Positions 9,571-19,834 are shown, counted from the stretch's first letter. The stretch: DNA of 64,000 nucleotides from a virus (IMGVR_UViG_3300014208_000032:1-64000), one strand, 5' to 3'. Notes: a model not told the origin generated them from the sequence alone. Translations and numbers: made by a program.

Positions 9571-11001
9571 TTAAAACAAATCAGTTCCAGCTCCAGTTAC
9601 AGTGATTACACCATATTGTTTCTGACCTGCATAATCAGAAGTTCCTGTGATTGTTTTACTTTCAAGAAACTCAAGAGCATACCTTGCAAAAATTCCCTGG
9701 TTTAAGTTCAAGTTACTTACATCTGTTGCACTATAAACATTAAAAGAATAAGGAGCAAAAATTAATCCAGGCATAAATTTACTTCCTTCTGATGGAGTAA
9801 ACCCACAGATTATTTTATCTTCCGTTTCAACTGGATTGATAAATACTTTAATAAACTTGTTAATAATACCGATCTTTTGAATTACAGAATAATACTCTGT
9901 AATTTCTCCTTCAAATTTTTCCATTAAAATAACTGCTTGCATAAATTTTGGTGGAATAACAATGAAGTTTCCAATTCCACACCTAGCAGCAGAACCTATT
10001 GTTGTCAACATTTTTATAATTGTTGTATAAAGTTCATTTGCTGGGTTGTTAATATATTGCATTGTCGTCCAATCTCTCCAAGCAATAGTATCAGTATGAA
10101 TGTTTGTTGCGTTTTTAATTTTATCAATTACATCCTGTTCAATTTCATAGTTTAAAAGAGAGCCAACAACAGCAGAAAGTTCTGGAACTGATTCTTCTTT
10201 TGTTACAGCAGTAAAATCATCAATCAGTTCTTTTGTTAGTTCAACCTTCATTTTTTTAGATTTTACTTGATAAGCTCGTCCAATAAGTTTTGGGGTAACA
10301 TTAACAATTTCAGTTCCATCATAAGATGTGTATGTCAAAACGCCATAATTTGCCTTGTTTATGTTAGACACATCCGTTGCTCCATAAGAAGCAATCACTG
10401 AAACTTTTCCTGGTTTTGAGACAGCAAAAGTGATAATAAGATTTGTATCATCGTAAGTAATTACTAATCCGTTTAATACAATTCCACTATAAGTATACCC
10501 GAGAGCAACAAGAGTTGCTTTTGTGTTTGTATAAACATTTGCACCAGTTCCGGCAGCTACTTTAACAAAAACTCCTGATATTGTTTTTGTTAAGTCATCA
10601 ACTCCGGTATACGCAACACTAAAAGTTGTGTTAGCACCAGCCCCATCATCAACGGTAACAGGGGTGATTGCCGCACTGTAATCCAAGGTTAGATTTGTTG
10701 CCACACCTTTTAAAGAATAATTTGTGTCACCAGTTTCAGATCCAACACCAATTATTCTTTTGGGGCCAGTTTGTTGTTCTGTACCTAATCCGTAAAAAAC
10801 ACCAGAAGGTGATTCAATTTTTCTAACTGATGCGATTTCTGGTAGAAAAGCGTTTTCGAGAGTTACTTTGATAATTCCACCAAGTAAATCTTTTACACCT
10901 TGCTGCCCATTATCAAAATATGTTGGTGCTTCATTAAGCACTTGTTCTCTAATTGAGTTTTCAATTAAATAGTCAAAATTTTTTTTCATTTCAATCTCCA
11001 T
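9571..11001 (-). CDS. Major-capsid paralog / capsid vertex protein (gp24-like); start may be 10989
   Basis: gp23-fold motifs 'IASVRKIESPSGVFY', 'KSKKMK...ELIDD', 'YEIEQDVI', 'GLIFAPY', 'ARY'; cleavage-like 'VLNE/AP'. Confidence 0.75.
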   Translation of the reverse strand: MEIEMKKNFDYLIENSIREQVLNEAPTYFDNGQQGVKDLLGGIIKVTLENAFLPEIASVRKIESPSGVFYGLGTEQQTGPKRIIGVGSETGDTNYSLKGVATNLTLDYSAAITPVTVDDGAGANTTFSVAYTGVDDLTKTISGVFVKVAAGTGANVYTNTKATLVALGYTYSGIVLNGLVITYDDTNLIITFAVSKPGKVSVIASYGATDVSNINKANYGVLTYTSYDGTEIVNVTPKLIGRAYQVKSKKMKVELTKELIDDFTAVTKEESVPELSAVVGSLLNYEIEQDVIDKIKNATNIHTDTIAWRDWTTMQYINNPANELYTTIIKMLTTIGSAARCGIGNFIVIPPKFMQAVILMEKFEGEITEYYSVIQKIGIINKFIKVFINPVETEDKIICGFTPSEGSKFMPGLIFAPYSFNVYSATDVSNLNLNQGIFARYALEFLESKTITGTSDYAGQKQYGVITVTGAGTDLF

Positions 11002-11092
11002 TGTTAATTATAAAAACAGTATATTATTAACTTGACTTTAATTCAAAAAACAAACTTTAAAAGACGTAAATATAATATACGGGGCATAAACA

Positions 11093-12829
11093 ATGACAAT
11101 AAATAAAGTTCTTGATAATAAAAAAAATGAAGTAAATATAAATGAAATTATTGTAAATAACGATTTTACAAATACAATAAAAACAAAATATGAAATATTT
11201 TATAATTGTTTTCAATGTGGGAGGGAAACACATAAAACAGCATATAAATTTGCAAAGCCATTAAATGAAAATTCATTTATTTGTCAAAAATGTTCTGTTA
11301 TTAATTTTAGAAAAGAAAACAAAGAAGTAATAAATCAAAAAAGAAAAGAAACTGTATTAGAAAAATACGGAGTAGAAAATGTTGGCTTTTTAACAAAAAA
11401 TCACTCAACAAAAAGTACAGAGACAAGAGAAAAAATGAAAGCAACTTGCTTAGAAAAATACGGAGTAGAGTTTCCTTTTCAATCAAAAGAACTAAGAGAT
11501 AAAAGAAAAATAACTTTTATGAAAAAATATGGTGCAGATCATCCACTAAAAAATGAGGATGTTATAAAAAAAATAAAAGAAACAAACCTACTTAAATATG
11601 GGAAAGAAACAAATTTACAAAACGATGATGTTATTGATAAAATAAAAAAATCTAATTTAGAAAACTACGGAACGGTTTATGCTTTTCATTCACCAGAAGT
11701 TATAAAAAAAATAAAAGAAGAAAATATAAAAAATTTTGGGCACGAATATCCATTTCAACTAAAAGAAAATAGAGATAAAGCAAAAAACATTATATATAAA
11801 CAACTAAAAATATTTCAACAAGATGATGTTGTGCCACTTTTTACCCAAGAAGAATATAAAGGGACTAAAAAAAACGAATATAATTTTTCTTGTAAAAATT
11901 GTCAAACTGTTTTTGTTTCTAAAATAGAAAATGGTAAAATACCAATTTGTCCAACTTGTTATCCACATTTTTCAGGAATATCTAAAAAAGAAAAAGAGTT
12001 ATTTAAAATAATAAAAACATTAACATTAGAAAACGTTATTGGAAATTATAATGATGGAAAATTTGAGATTGATATTTTCATACCTGGTTTAATGCTGGGT
12101 TTTGAATTTGATGGTTTGTATTGGCATAGTACTGAATATAAAACTAGTAATTATCATATAAATAAAACTAATTATTTTTTAGAAAAAGGAATAAAAATAA
12201 TTCACATATTTGAAGACGAGTATGATAATAATAGAGATGTTTTAATATCAATGATAAAAAATAAATTAAATTCTCCTGATAAAACAATATATGGTAGAAA
12301 ATGTTTTGTAAAAGAAATAACAACAGAAGAAGCAATTGTTTTTATAAACAATTCTCACATACAGGGATATACAAATTCTTCTGTTAAATTGGGTTTATTT
12401 TTTGAGAGTGAGTTGGTTTCTGTTATGACTTTTGGTAGATCAAGATATTCCATAAAATTTCAATGGGAATTAATAAGATTTTGTAATAAAACTGGGTACA
12501 AAGTAATTGGTGGGGCTGGAAAATTATTTAAATACTTTATAAATTATTTTAATCCGGAAAATATAGTAAGTTATTGCGACCTAAGATATTTCGATGGTGT
12601 TATGTATGAAAAAATAGGAATGAATTTTTCACACACATCCAATCCAAATTATTTTTATTTTCACAAAAGTAATCTTAAAAGGTTTTCAAGAGTTAATTTT
12701 CAAAAATACAGATTAAAAAATATGTTTGAAAATTATGACGAAAAATTAACAGAAGAAGAAATAATGAGAAGTAACGGATATTTCAAAATATTTGATTGTG
12801 GAAATAAAGTGTTTACTTGGAATAAATGA
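11093..12829 (+). CDS. Free-standing homing endonuclease-like protein (KYG repeats, Zn ribbons, PD-(D/E)xK/Vsr-like domain, GNAT/Mom-like C-terminus)
   Basis: 'LEKYGVE' repeats, CxxC pairs, 'EIDIFIP..GFEFDGLYWHS', 'HIFEDE', 'ELIRFC..GGAGKLF..SYCDLRY'. Confidence 0.7.
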   Translation: MTINKVLDNKKNEVNINEIIVNNDFTNTIKTKYEIFYNCFQCGRETHKTAYKFAKPLNENSFICQKCSVINFRKENKEVINQKRKETVLEKYGVENVGFLTKNHSTKSTETREKMKATCLEKYGVEFPFQSKELRDKRKITFMKKYGADHPLKNEDVIKKIKETNLLKYGKETNLQNDDVIDKIKKSNLENYGTVYAFHSPEVIKKIKEENIKNFGHEYPFQLKENRDKAKNIIYKQLKIFQQDDVVPLFTQEEYKGTKKNEYNFSCKNCQTVFVSKIENGKIPICPTCYPHFSGISKKEKELFKIIKTLTLENVIGNYNDGKFEIDIFIPGLMLGFEFDGLYWHSTEYKTSNYHINKTNYFLEKGIKIIHIFEDEYDNNRDVLISMIKNKLNSPDKTIYGRKCFVKEITTEEAIVFINNSHIQGYTNSSVKLGLFFESELVSVMTFGRSRYSIKFQWELIRFCNKTGYKVIGGAGKLFKYFINYFNPENIVSYCDLRYFDGVMYEKIGMNFSHTSNPNYFYFHKSNLKRFSRVNFQKYRLKNMFENYDEKLTEEEIMRSNGYFKIFDCGNKVFTWNK

Positions 12830-12903
12830 ATTTGGTTTTTTCTAATGTTATGTCATATATAATGTATAGAAGTTAAACATAAATTTTCTATAAGGGTAAT
12901 TAT

Positions 12904-14598
12904 ATGAACAAAATAATAAAAGTTGTTGACAGAAAAAGAGTAGAAAAAATTATAGATAATAAATCTGATAGTGAGATTTTTGAACAATGTTCTACTCACG
13001 ATATAATATATTTTATTTGTAATGTTTGTAATTTTGTGGGGAACAGAATTAAATCAAAATTTATAGAAGACGATTTTGTTTGCAAAAAATGTAAACTATC
13101 TTCAATATCAAAAGAGGAAAGAAAAAGAAGATTAAAATTAAATCAAGAAAAACAAAGGAAAAAATTTGATGGGCTTCTATATTTTCAGACAGAAGAGTTT
13201 AAAAAGAAATCAGAGGCAACAAGCTTAAAAAAATATGGCCATTCTAGTCCAAATTCTTCAGATGAAATAAAAGAAAAAAAAATATTATCTTATATTGAAA
13301 AATATGGCGTGGATAATCCAATGAAACTGAAAGACATCTCAGATAAATTAAGAAAACCAAAAAAAAATAAACCAATAATTTCAAAAGAAGAAACTGAACA
13401 GAAAAGAATATTTACTAATTTAAAAAATAGGGGTGTAAAATATTCCGGGCAAGATCCAATAGTAATAGAAAAAATTAAAAAAACAAACTTCCGCAACCAT
13501 GAAGGAAAATACTTTTTTCAGACAGAGAAATTTATTTTAGAAAATAAAACAAGAAATTTGAATAAACAATATGATATTTTAAAAACAGAAAAATCAGGTT
13601 TTTCCCCTCTGTTTACAAAAGAAGAATACAATGGAACTATTGGGTTTAAATATCCGTGGAGATGTTTGGAGTGTTCTAGTGAGTTTATTTCTTCTTTTGT
13701 TAATGGAATACCACCAAGGTGCCCAAAATGTTCTCCTGTTATAAAAAGTTATTCCCAGGCAGAAAAAGATATCAGAGTGTTTATTAGCGACGAATTAAGA
13801 GTTTTAACATCAAAAATAAGACCAGAAAATGTTTTTGAGATTGATATATTTTGTAATGATTATAGTATTGGGTTTGAATATGATGGGTTATATTATCATT
13901 CTACAGACAAAATAGGGAAGGATTATCATCTAAACAAAACTAATTTTTTTAAAGAAAGGGGAATAAGCGTCTATCATATTTTTGAAGATGAATGGTTAAA
14001 TAAAAAAGAAATAGTAAAATCAATCATAAAAACAAAATTAAATAAATTCGATAAAACATTTTATGGTAGAAAATGCACAATAAAAGAAATTAATTATAAT
14101 GTTGCAAAAAGCTTTGTAGACGAAAATCATATTCAGGGTTATTCCAATTCTTGTATGAGGGTTGGGTTATTTTTTGAGGAAGAGTTGATTTCTGTTATGA
14201 CTTTTGGAAAATCAAGATTTGATAAAAAATATGAATGGGAATTAATAAGGTTTTGCAACAAATTAGGATATAAAGTGGTTGGTGGGGCTGGAAAGTTGTT
14301 TAATTATTTTAAAAATGAATATAATCCATCTAATATAATTAGTTATTGTGATTTAAGATATTTTGATGGCATTATGTATGAAAAAATAGGTATGAAATTT
14401 TCTCATATTTCTTCTCCAAATTATTTTTATTTTTTAAACAATAAAATAAGATTTTCAAGAAATAGATTTCAAAAACATAAATTAAAAAATATTTTAGAAA
14501 CATTTGACGAAAACAAAACAGAAACAGAAAATATGTTGGATAATAAATATTTACAAATACACGACTGCGGAAACAAAGTATTTGTTTGGAATAAATAA
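12904..14598 (+). CDS. Paralog of 11093-12829 (homing endonuclease-like)
   Basis: Same architecture; near-identical C-terminal 200 aa ('WELIRFCNK.GYKV.GGAGKLF', 'DCGNKVF.WNK'). Confidence 0.7.
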   Translation: MNKIIKVVDRKRVEKIIDNKSDSEIFEQCSTHDIIYFICNVCNFVGNRIKSKFIEDDFVCKKCKLSSISKEERKRRLKLNQEKQRKKFDGLLYFQTEEFKKKSEATSLKKYGHSSPNSSDEIKEKKILSYIEKYGVDNPMKLKDISDKLRKPKKNKPIISKEETEQKRIFTNLKNRGVKYSGQDPIVIEKIKKTNFRNHEGKYFFQTEKFILENKTRNLNKQYDILKTEKSGFSPLFTKEEYNGTIGFKYPWRCLECSSEFISSFVNGIPPRCPKCSPVIKSYSQAEKDIRVFISDELRVLTSKIRPENVFEIDIFCNDYSIGFEYDGLYYHSTDKIGKDYHLNKTNFFKERGISVYHIFEDEWLNKKEIVKSIIKTKLNKFDKTFYGRKCTIKEINYNVAKSFVDENHIQGYSNSCMRVGLFFEEELISVMTFGKSRFDKKYEWELIRFCNKLGYKVVGGAGKLFNYFKNEYNPSNIISYCDLRYFDGIMYEKIGMKFSHISSPNYFYFLNNKIRFSRNRFQKHKLKNILETFDENKTETENMLDNKYLQIHDCGNKVFVWNK

Positions 14599-14623
14599 AA
14601 AACCCACTCTTTCAAGTGGGTTT
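14597..14623. terminator. Terminator between convergent endonuclease and MCP genes
   Basis: AAACCCACT-ctttca-AGTGGGTTT hairpin. Confidence 0.7.
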
Positions 14624-14642
14624 AATTAAATCACATTAACTA

Positions 14643-16337
14643 TTAAAGAAAGTTCAAGTTAGCAATCTTCAAGCGGGAATAGTAATATTGTCCCCTGCGG
14701 ATCTTGTGAATTCCGTATCGAGAGAAGAACCCTCGAATACTATCAAAGTTCTGAGGATTGGTAACCGTATCACTCATCCACTGAATATAAGGAGCGTAAA
14801 CAACACCGGCACCATATTCAGAAGTATTGGATTTGTATCCCATAAGGATTTCATCAGCACGACCAGAAGGTCTGTTGATATCGCAATAAATCTGCATAGA
14901 ACCGTTATTCAATTCACCAAGTTCCTGAATTTTCATGCTGTTGTTTGTGAAAATATCACCTTCAAAGCCAGGAAGTTGACGAAGCACTGCGCCCATCTGA
15001 GGACCAACAACTGCCCAAGAAGGAACGCCCAATCGGTTATACTGGGCAGAAAGAGCACCAAGTTCAAACATCTTCTGAGAAAGCAACCGATGTCGATCCA
15101 AGAAGTTTCCAGAGGTTCCCTGGATTGTGTCCACGTTATTACTAACAAGAGCTGTGGTAAAGTCAGGGGCGAGAGTTCCTGGGACAGAAGTTCCTGGAAC
15201 AGAAAGTGGATCATTACCCCAAACATGCAATTTATCCAACTGAGAAGGAACGATATTTTCGATAAAGTCAAGCACCTCTCTGTCTGTTTCGTATGCTTGT
15301 TCCATAGAAGCGATTTTCACAAGTTCGGACTCTACGTCAATCTTGTGGTATCTCTGCATATCCTGTTCAGATTCTTTTGTCCATCTGATTTTAAGTTTTC
15401 TTTCTTGTGTTTCAACATTCTCAGATTCAACACTGAATTCCATCTCAGGCATATAAGCAGTAGATTCCTGTTCATAGTGCCAGAATATCATAATCTTTTT
15501 TAGACCATAAAGGCTACCAGCGTTTCCAGTTGTGGAAATATCCACTTCACCAGCAGCTCCACCACTAACAAACTGAAGCAAAGCTTCAACAGTAGGAACC
15601 CTAGATCCATTAATATAAGCAGTAAACCCTTTTCCACCAGCTCTTACACCAGCACTATCAAAACCCTTGTGTGCCCAATCGGTATATTTAACCAAAAAGT
15701 CCTCAGATTTTGCTTCAGCGTCAGCACCAGCCAAAAGACTAAACTCATCAAAGAAAGGAATAATTTTTCCGTGAACATCAGTAACGAGAGTAGCACCAGT
15801 AAGTGCGCCGTTAGCATCGGTTGTTCCAACGAAAGGTCCAAACTTGTGGTTGCTGTAATAGCTAGGAACAGCAGTGGTGTTTCCATCTCCATCAAGATCA
15901 AGGTTAGCACCAGTATATTTCTGGCCAGCAGTGTGCCCATTCTTGGAATTGGAATATTTGTAGTCGATGTAATAAACAACACCAGTTCTAGCATCAATTG
16001 GCTGAGTAGAAACAAGTTTGTTAGTGAAGAGATTAGGCATCACCCTTCTGATGATTGGGAAAAGAACTCTTGGGATTACCTGAGATTTATCAAAGGTGCT
16101 ATAAGTAGAAGCAGGAGCTTCGTTAAGCTGTTCAGTCCCTTCGTTGAGAACATTCTCTTCAAGCCACTTTGATGTAACCTGTCCTTCCTTAACCATGTTG
16201 CCATAGGAATTCTCCAAAAGCATCATTGTATTAAAACGAACACTTTTGTCAGCAATGTCTTCGCAAAGCCACCCCCATCTTGTAGAGAGCACTTCATTAT
16301 ACTGCTCATTAGTCATTCTTTCCATTTTTTCCTCCAT
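14643..16337 (-). CDS. Major capsid protein (T4 gp23-like); start may be 16325
   Basis: 'FPIIRRVMPNL..LVSTQP', 'RKLKIRWT.E..QDM..H.IDVESEL', 'GVVYAPY', 'FSRYG'; cleavage-like 'QLNE/AP'. Confidence 0.95.
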   Translation of the reverse strand: MEEKMERMTNEQYNEVLSTRWGWLCEDIADKSVRFNTMMLLENSYGNMVKEGQVTSKWLEENVLNEGTEQLNEAPASTYSTFDKSQVIPRVLFPIIRRVMPNLFTNKLVSTQPIDARTGVVYYIDYKYSNSKNGHTAGQKYTGANLDLDGDGNTTAVPSYYSNHKFGPFVGTTDANGALTGATLVTDVHGKIIPFFDEFSLLAGADAEAKSEDFLVKYTDWAHKGFDSAGVRAGGKGFTAYINGSRVPTVEALLQFVSGGAAGEVDISTTGNAGSLYGLKKIMIFWHYEQESTAYMPEMEFSVESENVETQERKLKIRWTKESEQDMQRYHKIDVESELVKIASMEQAYETDREVLDFIENIVPSQLDKLHVWGNDPLSVPGTSVPGTLAPDFTTALVSNNVDTIQGTSGNFLDRHRLLSQKMFELGALSAQYNRLGVPSWAVVGPQMGAVLRQLPGFEGDIFTNNSMKIQELGELNNGSMQIYCDINRPSGRADEILMGYKSNTSEYGAGVVYAPYIQWMSDTVTNPQNFDSIRGFFSRYGIHKIRRGQYYYSRLKIANLNFL

Positions 16338-16379
16338 TTAGGTTTTTATATATATTAGAAAATCTTAAATTACCTTAAC

Positions 16380-16403
16380 CATATCTTGAAAAATGGACTT
16401 TTT
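16380..16403 (-). promoter_or_regulatory. MCP promoter region (AAAAAGTCCATTTTT plus AAGATATG variant box)
   Basis: 15-mer shared with the tail sheath upstream region. Confidence 0.45.
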
Positions 16404-16427
16404 GGCTCTTTCGGCGTTATAAGATAT

Positions 16428-16460
16428 AAAAAAAAGGAAGTAAATAAATACTTCCTTTTT
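16428..16460 (-). terminator. Terminator after scaffold gene
   Basis: AAAAAGGAAGTA-aataaa-TACTTCCTTTTT. Confidence 0.7.
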
Positions 16461-16475
16461 GTAACAAACTAAAAA

Positions 16476-17360
16476 TTAACCATTAAGGTGGGATTTCATC
16501 CTGTCTTTAAGGCGATTGACTTTGGCTTTTGGAGCATCTTCTCCAATAACACTTTCTTTTACAACACCCTTACCTTTTTCTTCATCATTCTCGTCGTCTT
16601 CATCTTCTTCATCATCACTTTCTTTTTCTTCATCATCCTCGTCGTCTTCATCTTCTTCATCATCACTTTCTTCGTCTTCATCATCCTCGTCGTCTTCATC
16701 TTCTTTTTTCTTTTTCTTGTCTTTTGTTTTCTTGCTGTATTTAGTGTTGGTTCCAGTTTTAGAAGTTTCCTCTTCTTCGTCACCTTCACCAACATCCTCA
16801 GCACCCTCAGAAAGGCTTTCGATAATATTATAGAATTGTTCGGTTACTTCTTCGGCACTACCTTCATTAACAAGGGTAATAATAAGTCGCTGAGTTTTTC
16901 TATCATAATCAGAAAGAAGTTTTGCAAGAGTTCTGGCTCCTTCTTCAAGTTGCATTTCTTTCTTAATCTTCAAATTTTCCTCACGAAGAATAGAAATTTC
17001 CTCAGAGTAAAGATTTCCACCATAACTTTCGTTAAGAGTAGGGGCAACAAGTTCTTTAATTTTTTCAAGAATCTGAAGTTCTGGATTAGAAGAAACCATT
17101 TCTGAAATAACTTCTGCTTTAATTTCATCTCTCATTTCATTGAGAGCAAGCATCATTTTGTCAGCAAATTCTTCCTTCAATTCTTCTTGATACTTCACGT
17201 TCTCTTCTTCAAGAACCTGGATCAATTTCTGTTTTTCGTTATCAAATTCCTCGTTGAGTTCGTTGATAACCTCTTCTTTCCAAGATTTGATGTGCTCACG
17301 AATTTGTTCCTCTTCGTTCAACTCCAATTCTTTATTCAAAGCATCTTCTTTTTTTGTCAT
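16476..17360 (-). CDS. Prohead scaffolding protein (gp22-like) with acidic tandem repeats
   Basis: Glu-rich coiled coil just upstream of MCP; many LxE sites. Confidence 0.75.
   Translation of the reverse strand: MTKKEDALNKELELNEEEQIREHIKSWKEEVINELNEEFDNEKQKLIQVLEEENVKYQEELKEEFADKMMLALNEMRDEIKAEVISEMVSSNPELQILEKIKELVAPTLNESYGGNLYSEEISILREENLKIKKEMQLEEGARTLAKLLSDYDRKTQRLIITLVNEGSAEEVTEQFYNIIESLSEGAEDVGEGDEEEETSKTGTNTKYSKKTKDKKKKKEDEDDEDDEDEESDDEEDEDDEDDEEKESDDEEDEDDENDEEKGKGVVKESVIGEDAPKAKVNRLKDRMKSHLNG
16580..16706. repeat. Imperfect tandem repeat encoding (ESDDEEDEDDEDDE)n
   Basis: About 3 copies of tcatcnTCGTCGTCTTCATCTTCTT. Confidence 0.8.
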
Positions 17361-17374
17361 AGGTATTCCTCCAA

Positions 17375-18178
17375 TTATATGTTCTTAATTACCTTTTCTA
17401 TATTTTTATTTTTGAGGTTTTTGCTTATATAAGCAAAAAACATCTTTTGATTATTTTTTCTTAACGTAGAAGTAAATCCAGCTCCAACACCTTGTGATCC
17501 AATTCCTAAATAATTATTATATTTAGAAGAGACATCTCTATTTAAATTTATCAATACATCAACTAATTTTTCTTTTTCGTTTCCTATTGAAGTGGAAGAT
17601 TTTATATCTCTTAACAAAATTAACATTTTATTAGAATGATAATCAATTACTTTAGAATATTCTTCTAAAACATTATCTTCTTGTGTTTTTCTATTCAACA
17701 TGTTATCGTTCTTGTTGGACAATTGTTTAGACATAGAAAAAACATAAAGATCTATTTTGTTTAAAACCAAATTTAAGTAAGATAGTGTATAGGAAACCAA
17801 ACAAGGGATTTTTAATTCTTTAATAGTTTTTGTGTTATTAGTGTCTAAATATCTAAATATAAACCCATAATCATCTTCTATATCTTTTTGAATTTTTTTA
17901 ATCCCATTTTTAGAATTAGAAAAATCTTTTATATTTTTATCAAGATATTCGTTCTTAAACTTTTTGATTTTGAGGGTAGTCCTTTCGACAGATTTTAAAA
18001 AATCTTCCAACTTAGTTGTATCCAAACCTTCTTCTGAACCTCTTCTGATTTTTGAGTCAATGGATTTTATCAAGAAGTTTAAAGTAAGAATACTAATGTT
18101 TAGAGTATTTGTATTTTCTAAATTAATTCCTTCCTCTAATATATTAGAACAAATAAACTTTAAACTTTCTGATAGCAT
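17375..18178 (-). CDS. Hypothetical protein
   Basis: 267-aa ORF coupled between protease and scaffold genes. Confidence 0.6.
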   Translation of the reverse strand: MLSESLKFICSNILEEGINLENTNTLNISILTLNFLIKSIDSKIRRGSEEGLDTTKLEDFLKSVERTTLKIKKFKNEYLDKNIKDFSNSKNGIKKIQKDIEDDYGFIFRYLDTNNTKTIKELKIPCLVSYTLSYLNLVLNKIDLYVFSMSKQLSNKNDNMLNRKTQEDNVLEEYSKVIDYHSNKMLILLRDIKSSTSIGNEKEKLVDVLINLNRDVSSKYNNYLGIGSQGVGAGFTSTLRKNNQKMFFAYISKNLKNKNIEKVIKNI

Positions 18179-19801
18179 TTAGAACAATCCTTTTACAATG
18201 TCAGAAATTTTAACTTCTTTTTCATTAAGATAATCAAAACTTTCACCTTCCATAACAAATTCTGGTCTTCCAAAATCACCAGCGGACGGATCAAAAACAA
18301 CATCAATTGCTTTTAATCTCAATCCACTAGTTACTTCTACTAGGTTTTTCCCAAGCTGTCCGGTGTATGGTTTTGTGTTTCCTAAAGCTCTTGTTGAAAC
18401 CCCGAGGTGAATACCTTCTGACATCAACTGACGAAGTTTTCTACCTTGGTCTGTATTAAGAACCTCCATTTCACCAACAACAGCGCCATCTTCCATGAGT
18501 TCTAATCTTGTTATTTTGTGAGATATTTTATCAACGTTGATTTTGGGGGAATTTCCTGTCCAAAAAGATTTTCCGTTTTGTTTCATATAAAAATTTCCAT
18601 TAGGAACAGTAATACAATAAACGTTTCCATCATGGTCTTTTTTTTCTATTTTAAGAAATCTTTCATCAAGGTAAATACCTTTTGTTGTAGAAAGATTTAA
18701 CTGATAAAGAGTTGATTTATTTTCCGCTTCAATTAAGTGGTCAGCAAACATATAATCTTCTGTTGTATTTATTTCTGTCCAATTTCCACTTCCTCCACAT
18801 TTAATGACTAATTCATGTAAGTCCTCAATCAATCTCTTAGAAACAGAAAAAACGTTTATTCTGTTTCCTCCATCCATTCCTCTTCGATCTCTTCCATCAC
18901 CCTTAACAAACCACTCTACTAATTCTTCAAGATAGGGAGCATCAAGTTGTTTTAGTTCAAGTGGAATATATTTAGCATAGCAATTTCCTAATGGCCTTAA
19001 AAAATCAGCAAATGCTTTAGAACTAAAATTAAATCTAATTAGAACATTATCTCTCCTTTTTTGATGATATTCTTTCATGTCAAAAGGAAGCCTACTAAAT
19101 AACTCCCTAATCTCATCTGCTGTAGTCCCATCGTTTTGTGAAATAGAAATTAGATTCTTCTCTTTTGAAACAAATCCCTCAGAGAGATATATTCCCATAA
19201 AAGACATTAGATCTTTTGTGTTAAACTCAATCCCAGAAATAGTTATTTTTTCGCTCGTTTCTGTTGACCAGTTTCCTAGTTTTATTATTTTATGTTTGTT
19301 ATATTTATTTCTATTTTCAAATATTTCCCCAACAGTAACTATTTCTCTTTTTCCATATCTATTTTCTAAATAAAATCTATGAGAACCAGTAAAATCGGAT
19401 GATATGTTTTTTCCATTAAAAGAATAAATATCCCCTTTCCAATACTCATTTATAATTGTTTGTATTGGTTGATAAACAATATCATTGTTTTCATCAAGAG
19501 TTGCTACTTCATCACCGATTTTACAATCGAGAAACTCTTTCCATCCTTCTTTTGCTAAGATGGAGAAATCGCTAACCCCGACACACGCAGGGTGATCGAG
19601 TTCACCTACCAGACCATTTCTTGAAATTAAATCTTGAACCGACTCAACCATTTCTTTTAAAATTGCAAATGGATAAACTCTTCCGTTTTTATTGGGAATG
19701 TCTGCTTTTGAAAAAACACCACGAATAACAAATCTTTTATCCTCGTTTTCTGTTAGTTGATATTCAAGAGGACTAAAATCTTCTAAAAATTTTTCACTCA
19801 T
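18179..19801 (-). CDS. Prohead protease (T4 gp21-like) with intein
   Basis: 'N.NGRVYP', 'GELDHP', 'SHKI', 'GVSTRALG', 'IDVVFDPS'. Confidence 0.93.
   Translation of the reverse strand: MSEKFLEDFSPLEYQLTENEDKRFVIRGVFSKADIPNKNGRVYPFAILKEMVESVQDLISRNGLVGELDHPACVGVSDFSILAKEGWKEFLDCKIGDEVATLDENNDIVYQPIQTIINEYWKGDIYSFNGKNISSDFTGSHRFYLENRYGKREIVTVGEIFENRNKYNKHKIIKLGNWSTETSEKITISGIEFNTKDLMSFMGIYLSEGFVSKEKNLISISQNDGTTADEIRELFSRLPFDMKEYHQKRRDNVLIRFNFSSKAFADFLRPLGNCYAKYIPLELKQLDAPYLEELVEWFVKGDGRDRRGMDGGNRINVFSVSKRLIEDLHELVIKCGGSGNWTEINTTEDYMFADHLIEAENKSTLYQLNLSTTKGIYLDERFLKIEKKDHDGNVYCITVPNGNFYMKQNGKSFWTGNSPKINVDKISHKITRLELMEDGAVVGEMEVLNTDQGRKLRQLMSEGIHLGVSTRALGNTKPYTGQLGKNLVEVTSGLRLKAIDVVFDPSAGDFGRPEFVMEGESFDYLNEKEVKISDIVKGLF
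18551..19585 (-). mobile_element. Intein (345 aa, C73-N417) with LAGLIDADG endonuclease
   Basis: Begins 'CVGVSDFSILAKEGWK', block B 'FTGSHRF', 'FMGIYLSEG' and 'WFVKGDG' LAGLIDADG motifs, ends 'VYCITVPNGNFY..NGKSFWTGN' followed by Ser. Confidence 0.92.
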
Positions 19802-19826
19802 TTTTTAACTCCTTAAAGTTTCTAAT

Positions 19827-19834
19827 ATTAACTT
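19827..19834 (-). promoter_or_regulatory. Putative late promoter AAGTTAAT for prohead protease
   Basis: Recurrent motif, immediately after a terminator. Confidence 0.55.

Noticed and set aside
14688-16172. Long antisense and alternate-frame ORFs within MCP (271, 167, 123, 112 aa)
   Set aside because: Shadows of codon bias in a highly expressed, GC-elevated gene; no RBS or motifs
16488-17105. Antisense Phe-rich and poly-Ser ORFs over the scaffold gene
   Set aside because: Produced by GAA/GAT repeats of the acidic tract
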